Shown: positions 1-13,279 of the stretch, piece after piece
How positions within the stretch are numbered: the stretch's first letter is position 1
How the letters are laid out: every line of letters starts with the position of its first letter
NCBI GenBank assembly: GCA_976551045.1
Contig: CDPCPM010000044.1
Coordinates: forward strand, 8,990,001-9,054,000
DNA from: Glaucostegus cemiculus
Lineage: Eukaryota
Length of the DNA stretch: 64,000 nt
Direction: 5' to 3'
Position numbers and translations under genes: made by a program
Notes under the pieces: model-generated
Database searches by the model: none
What the model was told of the DNA's origin: nothing
Seen by the model: the letters and a program-made list of their open reading frames with translations, nothing else

Positions 1-1907
1 GATTCTCATCACAGCCAAGAAAGGTCAGTGTTTGGTGTTTGCCAGAATTCACACTTTACATGTGAATGAATGTAGATGTAGTGAATTCTTCCCACCATGT
101 GAATCCGGTCATCCGTGGTGGAGGGTGCTGTCTGCTCCTCCCTGCTGGACATTCCCTCCAGCATCTGGCACCTTCTGGTACTTTTCTTAGAACATAGAAC
201 ATAGAAAAACTACAGCACAATTCAGGCCCTTCAGCCCACAAAGCTGTGCCGAACATGTCCCTATACTAGAAATTACTGGGCATTCCCATAGCCCTCTGTC
301 TTACTTAGCTCCATGTATCTATCTAACAGTCTCTTGAAAGACCCTATCGTATCCGCCTCCACCACTGCTTCCGGCAGCCCATTCCACACACTCACCACTC
401 TCTGAGTAAAAACCACCCCTGACATCTCCTCTATATCTACTCCCCAGCACCTTAAACCTATGTCCTCTTGTGGCCACCATTTCAGCCCTGAGGAAAAGCC
501 TCTGACTATCTACCCGATCAATACCTCTCATCATCTTATATACCGCTATCAGGTCCCTCCCTCATCCTCCTCTCCAAGGAGAAAAGGCCGAGTTCCCGCA
601 ACCTGCCTTCATAAGGCATGCTCCGCATTCCAGGCAGCATCCTTGTAAACCTCCTCTGCACCCTCTCTATGGCTTCCACATCTTTCCTGTAGTGAGATGA
701 CCAGAACTGAGCACAATACTCCAGGTGGGATCTGACCAGGGACCTACATAACTGAAGCAATACCTCCCCGCTCCTAAATTCATGATGAAGGACAATACAC
801 CATATGCCTTCTTAACCACAGAGTCAACCTGCGCAGCCGCCTTGAGTGTCCTATGGACTCAGACGCCAAGATCCCTCTGATCCTCCACACTGCCAAGAGT
901 CCTACCATTAATACTATATTCTGCCAACATATTCGACCTACTTGAGCACCCTCCCTGTATGTGTGAGCCATAACCTGGTATGTCAGCAAACTATTTGACC
1001 ATGATTGGTGTCAGAACTCAGCCCCTCACTCCCCTCACTCTAATTTCATTATTAATGTTCCTGGGAGCCGTGATGAAGACCAGGAAGCAGAAGATGGGTC
1101 TCCGGAAAACTATCAGTTGCAGGAGTGGAGACTGGGACCAATTGTCACATCTTTTATAACCCGGCTCATACCAACCAGTGAAAGACAATCTATGTTCAAA
1201 GCAGGGACATAAGGAATAAAATACTTTATAGTGATCTTCACAGGCTGCAGGCATAGAGCACGGGCAGTTGAGGGAATGGAGCGTTAGGGTGCCAATTAAC
1301 GAGAATACTTTATCCTGAATTGTCTCCAGTGTCTTGGAGTTGCAGCTACACTGATCTAGGGAAATAGAGAGAGTTCATCACACTCCAGAGTTGTGCCATG
1401 TATATAATGAAAAGGATGATAAATGTGTGTCAGGAGGTGACTCACACACTTGCTGGACCAACCAAATAAATAGAGTAGATAATGGACTGTTGATGATCAG
1501 GAAGATAGCAATGGTAATGCCAAGGATAGTCCTTGGGTCATTGACTGGTTTGTTGGTTGATACAAATGCTACCTGGCACTTACACATTCACACCTGAATG
1601 CTGTCAAGGTCCTGATATAAGCTTGCACAGTGTCACTTTGTGAGGAGTTGGAAATGGAATTGAACATTGTGCTGTGCATTTTGGTTAATGCCCATTGCAA
1701 TATTAATGAGCTACTATTAATCTTCCAAGTCATAGGAATTTGCTTTGTGGAAAGTCAGTTTGATAATTCTCTGAGTTCTGTTGCAGGAGAATCAGGATTC
1801 TGTATCACTGTGGGTAACGATACAAATTATTCAATTTTATTTCAGGTGGCAAACAACACATTTCAAAACTACAAAGGTGCAAGTTGAGGGAATCACTTCC
1901 ATCCTGA
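1..1907 (+). CDS. CXC chemokine copy 1 (partial: end of exon 3 at 1-23, exon 4 at 1846-1907)
   Basis: 1-23 reads (Q)ILITAKK-G followed by GT donor gtcagt, matching the exon 3 end of the four complete copies. Acceptor ttttatttcag ends at 1845, then GGKQHISKLQRCKLRESLPS-stop. Exons 1-2 lie outside the window. Confidence 0.8.
189..938 (-). mobile_element. CR1/HER1-type LINE 3' fragment inserted in intron 3 of copy 1
   Basis: ORF pieces LVRSHLEYCAQFWS..RKDVEAIERVQRRFTRMLPGM and TRGHRFKV are typical of the CR1 ORF2 C-terminus. (CTATGTT)n tail at 189-204. Absent from the paralogous intron at 26281-26293. TSD-like ttctt (184-188) / tactt (939-943). Confidence 0.9.
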
Positions 1908-3405
1908 ATTATCTGACAGAGAATGAAGGAATCTCAGCCTTGGGTGTTAACTCTGAAATCATCTTCAAATGGTTCAGTTCAGTGTCTCTTCTACATCGCC
2001 TTCTGAGAATGATCTTGGTGTTCCTCCCTATCACAGGACATGCTTACACCCTATCATATTACGTGTTTACATTTGAAGAAACCACCTGATGTTTGCGTTA
2101 AACTTTGTGCCAAGTTCAAAGTTTCTATTGTCATCTGTGGTAATTATGGTACACCCTGGTCTTGCAAAGCTTATAGAAAAGACAAAATGAGATTATTGCT
2201 AAGATTTTAATATTAGAAATGAGAGTGGGATATGATGGTGGTGTTAGAATAACTTCATTCATTAATTTCCGTGGATGCATTGTTCAAAACGAATGGTTCA
2301 CAAGAGAAGCCAGTGATGGGATGGTGGACTGTGCTCTCTGCCATCCCTGAAATTAAGGCTGGAAGACACGGAAATAAAATTCACACATTGTTCTCATTCC
2401 CTCCCCCCGACTCCTGCCACTCTTACTATTGCTCATGAACCGAGCTGCTGGCATCAAAAAATAACATGGCCAATGACTTAAAAGCAATTTGTTACCACAC
2501 ACTGTCTTCTCAAGTCTGTGTAATATACCAGAAATGAGAGAGGATAACTCAATCCATGTATCAAGTAGAATTATTTTTGGTTAGTTCATTAAAGTGAGTT
2601 AGAATGGTGAAGGTGTAAGTAATTAACTAAGACCACTCCTTTTTTCCTGAAGATATGATGTGATGTAATGTTGTTTCAATCATTTCCAGAGCAAATATCT
2701 TCATGGTCCCTTTTGCTGTTTACATCCTGTGCATAGTCTGTGATATACTGATGGCAATACTGTTGATCAAATGTGTTTGTTCCAGTTTGAATGAAACATT
2801 TTTATGTTAAAATATAGGAACTAATACCTGTACGTAATATTGGTGTCATTTTACAGCAGTGTTTATTGACCATTGATATTTTAACTGGAGCTGTGGTGTT
2901 TTCTCTGTAAAATGTCAGATTTTAGGATCTATCCAAAGTCTGTGGAAGCAAATTCTTTGTAGGTGTAATTTTTATGTTAAATACCTACATTTTAGTAGGT
3001 AGTACTGCTAATAGTTTGATAATCACTGGAGGAAATAAAACTTGTAAATAGGAGCAATGTCTATATGGTGATAGAAATCCTTTGGCCGGAAGGAACTTTC
3101 ACTGACATCAGTGCTCAACCATCTCGTCTGGCCAGTTGATGTACGTGAATGAATTTGTTGAATATTCCTCAAAAGCACTTTAGAAAGTAAAATAAATTAG
3201 ATTTCTCATGATGAATTTGTTGTTATTGCTTCTGAATTTTCAGTGTACAGTTCTGTGTTTCTCCATGTGATAAATAAATGAGACTGACGAAAGAAGAGCA
3301 AACCTACCCACTGTCAGTGGGATTTCATGGAGTTTCTTTATCACACACAGTGTAAGTGGTCTGGATAGGTGCTGGGGCTAACACCAAGAGGACTACACTG
3401 CAAAG

Positions 3406-4000
3406 ATAGAACACGGCACAGGAACAGGCCCTTTGGCTCATGATGTTGTGCCAAATTAAATAAATACCTAACTAAACTAATCACTTCTGTCTACACAAAG
3501 TCCATATCCTTCCATTGTCTGGACATCCATCTGCCTATCTAAGAGCTTCTTAAATGCCTCAATTGCATTTGCCTCCACCACCACCCCAGGCAGCGCATTC
3601 CAGGCAACCACTACTCTGTGTAAAAAAAAACTTGCCCCACACATCTCCTTTGAACTTACACCGTCTTGCCTTAAATACATGCCCTCTGGTATTAAACATT
3701 TTGACCATGGGGCAAAGAAACCAGTTGTCTACTCTGTCTATGCCTATCATAATCTTATAAGTTTCTATCAGGACTCCCCTCAGCCTCTGCTTCTCCAGAG
3801 AAAACAACTCAAGTTTGTCCAACCTCTGCTTATAGCACAGGCCCTCTAGTCCAGGCAGCATCCTGGTAAACCTCTTCTGCACCTTCTCCAAAGCACCACA
3901 TTGTTTCTATAATGTGGTGACTAGAATTGAATGCAATACTCCATATGCAGCCTAACCAGAATTTTATAAAGCTGCAACATAACTTCCTGCCTCTTGAACT
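3406..4000 (-). mobile_element. CR1-type LINE 3' fragment
   Basis: KVQKRFTRMLPGLEGLCYKQRLDKLELFSLEKQRLRG and FFTQ/RVVVAWNALP motifs. Absent at the paralogous site near 28645. Confidence 0.88.
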
Positions 4001-5079
4001 CAGTGATGCTGCAGTGGTACAAATTGCTGATTAAATCCAAGGGCTTGCATGAGGAGAATTAAGGGGTTAGAGGGTAATAATGCACCCACCCTTGGTTAAA
4101 TCACACTGGGGTACTTGTGATCCACACCTTGGGGACACTATATTGGCCTTTGAGGATTTTATGCGAATGGTAGTTGGTCCCAATGTCATTGGAGACAGGA
4201 AGATCAACCAAATTTGGTGTTTGCTCTAAATTGACTTGATTAAGGGGTGATTTCATTTCCGAGTCTGAGTCTAGAGGATGGACCACAAATTAGAGCCATG
4301 AGTGGTGGGTGTTTGGAACTTTCTTCCACAAATTGCTGGTGACATCTATTCAATTTCACAGATTAAGAGCGCAGATCACTAAGAATGGTGGAATAGCTGA
4401 GAAAAGCTATAGATTATTTGCCAGGACAGTTTGCGTAACTCAACACATGTAGGCAGGGTGCACTTTGCAATTAACACCAAACTAGGTAGCTGGAATTCCT
4501 ACAGAGGGCTAAACCTGGGATCAGGTTTAGCCCCAGGGGTCAGCATGAGCCCACTAAATGTAGTATTTCTTATCATTAATTCACAAAATATAGATGTCAT
4601 TAATTGCTAATCCTATTTGTTCCTTGAACTCAATGGCCCAGGAGTTGGGGAGGGTATCATGGGCAGGAGGGTGGGTGAGGGGTATGGGAGGTGAAGCCAT
4701 GGGTGTGTGTTTTGTGTGTAACTGTGTGCGTTGTGTGTGTGTACGTAAGCAAATGCACTGTACTAGATGGTATCAGAACATCTGCCCACTGAGGTGTGAG
4801 CATGAATTCCAGTGTAGCATAGTTGTCTTGGTTCTAGTTTCCAGTTGTCTTGGTTCCCTTTGGCACTGGATCAAGACCTTGTTCTGTGAAATGCATGTTG
4901 TAGCTGAGGTGTAATGGCTAACTTATGTTGATCAAACTATGCTCTGGGCATTTCCACTCCACAGTGTGAAGTTCAAGACCAGGAATATCTCAAGAGAATA
5001 CAGGAAACTCAGCAACTCGCTGACAGGCATGACGTGCACAGGTTCTTCAGTGGAGTAGCCGCCATCTACCGTCCCAAGA

Positions 5080-7935
5080 TTCACAGATTCATAGAGTAAT
5101 ACAGCATGGAAACAAGCCCTTTGGCCTAACTGTTCCATGCTGACCATAGCATCCTCCCTGCTAGTCCCAGTTGGCCACTTATGGCCCATAACAGGCATGG
5201 TAGTATAGTGGATAGCTCAATGCTTTACAGTACCAGAGACCCAGGTTCAAATCTGGCCACTGTCTGTAAGGAGTTTGTACGTTCTCACTGTGTCTGTGTG
5301 GGTTTCCTCCGGGTGCCCCGGTTTCCTCCCACATTCCAAAGACGTACAGGTTAGGAAGTTATGGGCATGCAATGTTGGCGCCGGAAGCATGGCGACACTT
5401 GCGGGCTGCCCCCCAAAATCACTACGCAAAAGATGTATTTCACTGTGTGTTTTGATGTACATGTGACTAATAAAGATCTTACCTATCTTATGTAACCCTC
5501 CAAGCACCTGCCCTCCATGTAGCTATCCAAATGCCTCTGAAATGTTGCAAAAGAACCCGCCTCAACCACTTTCTCTGGCTGCTCATTCCAGATACTCACT
5601 ACCCTCTGTCTAAAGCAGTTACCTTTCAGGTCCCTTTTACATCTCACACCTCTTGTCTTGTGTCTGTATCCTCTAGTTTTAGACTCCCCAACCCTAGGAA
5701 AAAGACTATGACCATTCACCTTATCCATACCCTTTACGATTTTATAAACTTCTATGAGGTCACCCCTCATTCTCCTACACTCCAAGAAATAAAGATCCAG
5801 CATGGCCAAACTCTCCCTATAACTCAGGCCCTCTAGTCCAGGCAGCATCCTCATAAATCTCTTCTGCACTCTCTCCAGCTTGACAGTGTCTTTTCAATAA
5901 CAGGGTGACCAAAACTGTGCACAATACTCCAAGTGCGGCCTCACCAATGACTTATATAACTGAAACATAATGTCCCTCCTCTTAAACTCAATGCCCTGAC
6001 TGATGAAGGCCAGCATGCTAAATGCTGCCTTCACCACCCTGTCTACCTGCGTGACTGCTTTCAGTGAACTGTACACTTATACTCCCAGGTCCCTCGGTTC
6101 CACAACACTGGTCAGTGGCCTGTCATTCACTGTACAAGTCCTACCCTGGTTTGAATGTCCAAAATGCATCACCTCACACTTATCTAAGTTGAAAATGTTT
6201 ACCTTTCCTCAGCCCATCTCCCAATATCACTTTGTAATTCATTGTAACCTGCTTCACTATCAACAAGACCCCTAATTTAGTATCATCAGCAAACTTGCTA
6301 ATCATGCCATGTACATTCACATCCAAATCATTTTCATGCATAGTGAATAACAGAGGTCCTAACACTGACCCCACTAGTCACAGGCCTCCGGTCAGGAGAA
6401 TCGACCTTCAACCATTACCCTCTGTTTCCTATCATCCAGCCAATTCTAAATCTACAGTGCTAGCTCCCCCTGAATCCCACGCGACCTAACCTTTCAGATC
6501 AGCCTGCTGTGCAGGACCTTGTTAAAGGCCTTACTCAAGTCCATATAGACAACATCCACCGCCCTACTTTCATCTATCCCCTTAGTTACCTCTTTGAAAA
6601 ACTCTAAAAGATTCATCAGACATGACCTCCCAAGCACAAAACCATGCTGAATATTCCTGATCAGGCCTTGACTAGCTTGTAATGTTAGATCTTGTCCCTC
6701 AGAGTTCCCTCCAGTAACTTCCCTACAACTGAAGTCAGGCTGACTAGCCTGTAGTTCCTGGCCTGTCCTTGCTACCCTTCTTGAACAATGGAACAACATT
6801 AGCCACACTCCATTCTTCCGGAACTTTGCTAGTGTCTAACGATGAAGCAAATATCTCTACAAGGGCCTCCTTGGCCTCCTAGAATGTGCAGGGGTGCACT
6901 TGGTCAAGCCCTGGAGATTTGCCCACCTTAATGCACTTCATGGCTGCAAGTACCTCCTTCCTCATAATGTGCACAAGGTCCAACACCTCACTACTTATTA
7001 CTCTAATTTCTTTGGCATCCATGATATTGTCCTTAGTAAAAACTAAGGAGAAATAGACATTAAAAATCTCAGCCATCTCCTGCGGCCCCATACATAGGCA
7101 GCCCTGATGATCTTCGAGAGGACCTAGTCTCTCCCTAGTCACCTTTTTACTGTTAATATAACTGAAGAGCCTCTTGGGATTTTCTTTAACCCTGTCTGCC
7201 AGATCCATCTCATACCCTCTTGTTGCCCTCCTGATTTCCCTCTTAAGCCTGGTCTTGAACTTTTTATATTCGTCAAGGGATTAATTTGTACTCAGTTGCC
7301 TAAATGCGATGTACGCTTCCTTCTTTTTCCTGACCAGAGCCTCAAAATCTCTTGTCAGCCAGGGTTCCCTGAACTTGGTATGTCTACCCTTTATCCTAAC
7401 AGGAACATGCTGCCCCTGGACTCTTGATATGACCCTTTTAAAAGCCTCCTTGTCAACTGTTCCTTTGCCTTTATATCGAGTCACCCAGTTGACTCCAGCT
7501 AGATCCTGCTTAATGCTCTCAAATTTGGCCCTGCTCCAGTTCAGGACTTTAACCTGTGGACCAGTTCTATCTTATTCCATAACTATTTTAAAACTAATAG
7601 AATTGTGGTCACTTAACCGAAAGTGCTCCCCAACTGTCACTTCAGTTACTTGGCCCTCCTCATTCCCTAAAACGAGGTCCAGTATTGCTCCTTCCTGAGT
7701 AGGTTCCTCTATATATTGCATGAGGAAACTGTCTTGGACACACTGCACAAGTTCTGCCCTATCCAGGCCTTTTGCACTTTGGATAGCCCAGTCGAAACCA
7801 GGAAAATTGAAATCTCCCACTAACACTACCTAACTATTCTCACAACTATGTGCAATTTCTCTACACATCTGCTCCTCAAGTTCCCGCTGACTACTGGGGT
7901 GTCTATAATATAGCCCTACCAAGGTGACCATCCCC
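5080..7935 (-). mobile_element. Decayed CR1-type LINE (endonuclease end, RT and 3' end), interrupted by a SINE
   Basis: Broken ORFs LVGDFNFPGFDW, ILDLVLGNEEGQV, SDHNSISF, QHGFVLGRSCLMNLLEFF, GSVLGPLLF..SKFADDTKLG and LVRPHLEYCAQFWSP occur in colinear order. Confidence 0.92.
5194..5480 (+). mobile_element. tRNA-derived V-SINE (HE1-like) nested in the CR1 3' end
   Basis: A-box-like tggtagtatagtgg, B-box-like ggttcaaatc, V-domain ggtttcctccgggtgccccggtttcctcccacattccaaagac, and aataaa near the end. Confidence 0.85.
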
Positions 7936-7939
7936 ACCC

Positions 7940-8940
7940 ACACCCAAGACTCACTGAGAGTCAAGAAGGGGGATGAAAACATCAGGGGCAGAGAGAAACT
8001 TTAAACCTGCTGACAGAAATAATTTGAAGATAATCTCGGCCATATCCCTGTCTTTGATGTGAGCACCCTGAATTCCATCCCACAGTTATCTATTTGGTCC
8101 AGTCTTGCCCCCACTCATGATCAAGAAGAAGTCAAACAAGCTATTTCCCAACTAAAAAACAATAAGGAGGCGGGAGCAGATGGCTTCCTCACTGAAGTGT
8201 TAAGTGGTGAAGAACTTCAATCACACATCCACAATATCATCTGGGAAGAAGAGGGTATCCCAGGGGACCTCAGAGATGAAACAGTCATGACCATGTTCAG
8301 GAAAGGAGCTGTCTGATCACACATACTGTATGTCTTACTGCTGGCTGCCACAGAGAAAGTCAACTCCAGGGTATTTTGAACCATGTCCTCTCAGTGGTTG
8401 AAGAGCTGATGCCTGAATCACAATGGGGATTCTGTCCATCTAGAGGCACAGTGGGCATGATCTTCAATGCCTGACAAATCCAAGCAAAATGAAGGGATAT
8501 GCACCCAAAATAATACATAGCCTTTCTGGACCTCACTAAAGCCTGTGTCTCCATCAGTCTGGAGGAACTGTGGAAAACCCTCCTCAGGTTCGACTGTCCA
8601 CTGAAATATTTCTTCATTTTACATTTGCTCCATGATGACATTCGAGGGGCTGGGCTTTACACTCAACAGCTGCAAGACAAAGGTCCACTGCCAACCTGCG
8701 GCTCTCTGCCCTCTGACAATACAGCATCATGATGAGACCCAGGAAAACCTGCATCACTTCCCACATGTCGGGAGGCACTGCACAGCAAAGACAGGGGTTA
8801 GTCTTGAAACTCAACTCTGCCTTCAATGCACCAGGTCAGCTGAGGAAAAGTTTACATAAAGCTCAAGATTTTGGGTGTGATAGAAAATTTACAGTCGCCC
8901 AGGCAGCAGAAGCAAACATGTCGCTGGTATGGTACTGAGA
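7940..8940 (+). mobile_element. Old RTE-clade LINE fragment (its upstream part lies at about 4760-5079, split off by the CR1)
   Basis: EEVKQAISQLKNNKEAGADG, IWEEEGIPGDLRD..MTMFRKG and a degenerate PESQ.GF.P.RGT..MIF resemble RTE/BovB ORF. The paralog at 51720-51960 has no CR1 at this position. Confidence 0.65.
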
Positions 8941-10689
8941 GACTGTGTTCATTGCGACCATACAAAAACCCTGATTAAGTGACAGAAAGAGCATAGCACT
9001 TTACTAATGACCAATTTCCCACCCCAGCAGGGACCTGCTGCTTCAGGTCGAAGACTCTGCTGTTCCCACATTAGTTCTCACCTCTGTAGCCGTATTATAA
9101 CCAACTAAACCTAAGTGGAGCCAAGTCATCCTCACTCCTGAGGAGAAGAACACAGGCCAGGCTGAATAAAGGAAACAGATTTCCTTCCCTATTGGGAACT
9201 GGTGAAATAGCTGTGTTCTTAAACTGATGTGGTAACTTCACAGAGACCATTACAGACACAAGATTTCTAATTCTGAATGTATTTAATGAAGAGGAGTTAA
9301 GTCCCCCAGCTGCCTTTGTGGTAATTTGCACGTCTCTGGGTCCATACTCCAAGGCCTCTGAATTCTTGTCTGATAACTTAATCTATTTTAGGAATGTTTT
9401 TTATCATTTTCCCTGAGAAGTCCTTCTGACCTGGACTGTTTCTGAAGCATCTTCACCTCTGTCCACCCCAGGGGTCATCAGGCCTTTTTTGTACTGACTT
9501 ACTCCTCCTTCCCAGTGACAATATCTCCACCTAACCACCCTCCCCCCAAACCAGCACCAAGTATGTGGCAGAGATTGTTGATATGAGATCCTGTGGGAAT
9601 TCTCTCTTCATTACCTCAGGCCTAAAAGTTTGGTGGTGGGCAGGAGGCACTGTATTGATATGGTTTTAGCTACTAAAGTGGCTCTCACTTCAGGAACCAT
9701 CTATGGAAGGTTCCTGCCCACCCAAACCACAGCCAGGATCAAAGCCAAACTGTCTGTGTACCTGGTCTTCAGAATGAGAGCCTGAAGGAGTAATGTTATT
9801 ACTAAGGTAGAGTATTGGGTAACTGTAATGTAGCAAGTAGTATCACATGCAATGTCTAAGATGTTTGTCGGTGGTTCAGTTGACAGACAATGTATTTTTT
9901 GTCTCCTATTTTACGTGTCATTAAACAATGAACTGAAGAATATCGGGATTTGAATCTGATCTGCCTGGGCCACAGCTGCCGAGAGAACCTGTTCACTTCT
10001 TGAATCTCCATGGAGCTCAATCTTTGTTGCTTTTTTGAATCTAACCTACTTGGAGAGTGATTACACTGAGTCCTTCACTGAAACCTGGGTACAGAGCAGT
10101 TCTGTGGTGCTGAAAGGACCATTTCAAAATGTAACACTGGAATATATTGGAAACAACAGCCGAGAGAAAGAGAAGTATTTTCGGATATTGAATCACTCTT
10201 GATGCTGAAGTGTAGGAATCTCCTGGCTGTCACAGGTACTGGTCGTCTAATGAAGTTGAGTCTGCCCATTAAATTTAATAGGATGTGTTTCTGTGATGGA
10301 AGTCTAGATGTGAAGCTTAACTTGTTGATTTTCGTAAACTATCGGTGTCAGAGGAATTTCCCATGTTAAGAGTTCATTTTGCCAGTACGGCATATCACTC
10401 CAGGATTTGTATTTGCCACAGAACTCATCATTTCTGTTGCTGGAGAACAACAAAGTGATTATGGAGGTTATGAAAAGAAAAAGAGAAAGAGTCAGAAGTT
10501 GCAGACACAGAGGGGGGATGGTACAGCATAGAACACAGAGGGAAATACGTAGGGATAAGTGGTGAATTGACTGTACATACTTGCGACCCTGTCTGGGACC
10601 AAACTGGGACCTGGGATTACAGAGGTGAAACAGACAGAGGGCAGATTGTTTCTGTTTATTCTTCCGTGCTTGTAATATGGCTAATCTGG

Positions 10690-11030
10690 GAATAGTCTTA
10701 TTATTTATTGTAATAAATTTCCAATGAATAGTAGACGGGAGCAAAGGCAGAATTTGAAACATAGAACCACATGGATCATAAAAGAAGCTGATTTCCTGGA
10801 ATTCACGTGGGCTCACACACACCGGCTGTAATCTGACAATGAATTTCCCTCACCCTTGTCCGTCCCCAGGGGGAGGAGCCAACGTGACTCCAGTTTCCGT
10901 ACTTCCCAAATCTGCAAACTGAAACTTGAACCAGCTCCAGAAGGCCCTGAAGCTGATGTTTCATCACTCACGGACAGTGAACAGAAGGAACATTTGTTGC
11001 TGTAGAAATTGTTCCAGCAGAAGTCTGAAA
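10690..11030. promoter_or_regulatory. Candidate inflammatory/interferon enhancer (paralogs at about 42210-42550 and 55030-55370)
   Basis: GAS TTCCTGGAA 10793-10801, E-box CACGTG 10804-10809, kB-like TGAATTTCCC 10840-10849, IRF-like AAACTGAAACT 10916-10926. By eye the block is more similar between paralogs than its flanks. Confidence 0.4.
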
Positions 11031-12521
11031 CCAGTGATATTGAATCTTACAGCACATAATGGGCCAGTCGGTCCATCATGAGAATTCCTTGCACAATCTA
11101 TCTGATTTGTCCCACTCACCTGCTCTCCACACAGTGCTGCAGATGTTTTCGCTCACATATAAATCCAATGGATATCAATATCCCATCCCTTGGGTGTGGG
11201 TCTGGTGGGCACAGTGGGAGGAGGTTTAGTTGAGTTCCAGAAAGTAAACACGAATGAAGCTTTAATAGAGTTTTATACCTTTGCTATTGAGTACTGTGGT
11301 GTTGGTTTAGCTGGTGATTCCTGGTGTCTGCCAAAACCCCTGTGTTTGGTGGTCATGAGGGAGATGCTGATGTCTGATGAGGGAAGATATCAGGACAACT
11401 CAGGCCAGAGAGAGTATAGTAAATGAGGCAGGTGGGACCAGTTGGTGAGTGAAGGGAGGGGATGAAGATGGAAAAAATTTTGAATTGAACTGAAATGTGC
11501 TTGTTCAGATGATTTTAGTTATTATCATGCTCTCACAGGAATAGCAGGCTGCATGTACCTTGAATATACATATGCTGGAGCTTTAGTCAGAGCTACCCCT
11601 TGGAGGTGGGAGATGCAAAGCAGGACTGCAGCGGGTCAGGAATCTGAGGGAGTTGGCACAGGGAGGGATTGTGTCCCACAAGAAGGAAAGAGTGGGACTG
11701 TGATACCTGAGCAGTGGAGGAGATCATTACCAAGAGACCAGGAATCTGGAGCTCAGAGATAAAAGTTGTTCCTGTCTTTTTAAGAAGTTGTTCACATTTC
11801 CTTACTGGTGCAGTGTGGGTAAATCCTCTGGCCACAGTCAGCACTGTGGACAGACCAGGCAGCAGTCCGGCACTCCGGGCACAACTCCGCAGCTCTGTGG
11901 AAGTCATCGGCGAGCAAAAACTGCAGGCACAGTAAAGCTGTGATCTCGTAACCCTTCCTACACTTCAACTGATGACATGTGCGCCTTCTAAATTCTACCA
12001 ATTCAAAACAATGGCCATTGGCCTGAAACATTGGCAACTTCACCATTCACAGAGCTGTAGGAGTTGTGCTCAGGGTGGTGGTCCCGTTGAATACTTCCAG
12101 CAGTTTCTATTTTTATCTGTGGTAGTTACATTGTGACTGGATGTAAACTCCATCTTTGACCTACAGACAACTCAAGAGGGAAATGCAATTGCTTTTAGAG
12201 GGGCTGGATTACCTCATTCTGCCATACTTGTCTTGCTGTGGGGAACTGCAGTCTGTTTTAAACCTCTCAAATTTGTTTCGTTGAGGGTCATTGTCTGTCT
12301 TTCCCACATTGGAGTGACAGGGTGCAGCTCCAGTGTTATCTTGGTGTGGGCTCTCATGTAGAGTCAGGCCAGTTGAAACATTGACTAAAATCGGCCAGAG
12401 CTGTGTTAAGGGAAGGCTCAGCATGCTCACCCAGTGTTGGGTAGGAGAGCTGCTCTGGTGGGGCAGGGACATTGAAGCCGTTTCATTGAGATATAGAAGC
12501 ATTGTTGGCAGAGTTACCCAC

Positions 12522-13245
12522 TGTATTGTGAAATTGTTCTTTTGGTATTTTAAGGATCAAGGTCTCTAGACATGAGCATTGGATGTCAAAACTAGTTTAA
12601 TCAACAAGGCAAACGTGGGACAGAATGGATGGGAACAGACACACGCTCACTCATGCAGGATACTGTGAACACAAGAGGGAAATCGCAGCTGGGGTAGAAT
12701 ACACTCACACTCACACACACGCGCGCACACACACACACAGATACACACAAGTGCTCAATAACAATGTACAACTTCAGGATATAACACTTCAGTGCTGGGC
12801 CCACAGGAGCATTGGCTCTGGAACTGCCCAGAGTCTGAGTAGAACACTCCCTGACCATGTGGTGATGCACTCTTACCGGTGATCTCTGCAGCGTTGTCTC
12901 ACTACTCCTGGGGTTGTCAAAGAGGAAGAGCTAAGGGATGCAGCTCTTTTTATGGTGCTGGGAGGCTGGGTGGAGCCTCACTATTGTGATTTGAATGAGC
13001 CAATAGCGTGGGGGTCAAAGACAAAGGTTCTCTGCCACAGCCAATGGTCAAGTAAGTTCAGAGACAAAAAGGTACTGGTCAGGCAAATTCAGAGTGAAGA
13101 GGTACTCTCACACCTGAGGGGTGGGTGGAGCTGTACCTTGATTGACAGTAGTATCACTTCCAATCAGAGGATTAATGCTGTCCTCTGGTCAGCGGGGGTC
13201 AGTGTCGTTACTGTCACGTGGCAGCCATGTTGAGTTCTCGCAACA
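12522..13245 (-). repeat. 3' LTR (724 bp)
   Basis: Direct repeat of 16917-17741. Preceded on the minus strand by the purine tract gaggggtggaa (13246-13256). TATA-like cataaaaa near 12946-12953 and attaaa near 12596-12601 on the minus strand. Internal (CA)n tract. Confidence 0.92.
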
Positions 13246-13279
13246 TTCCACCCCTCGGAAGTTAGACGACTTGCCAATC

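Noticed and set aside
10304-10822. 172-aa minus-strand ORF and exon-like segments around 9900-11025
   Set aside because: No recognisable family. I looked for ART-type motifs because ART3 overlaps human CXCL10/11 and found none. Paralogs have a large deletion, frameshifts and stops.
11806-11907. Minus-strand MTSTELRSCARSAGLLPGLSTVLTVARGFTHTAP followed by gtaagg, resembling a signal-peptide exon
   Set aside because: Weak hydrophobic core, present in only one spacer, and no convincing downstream exon.
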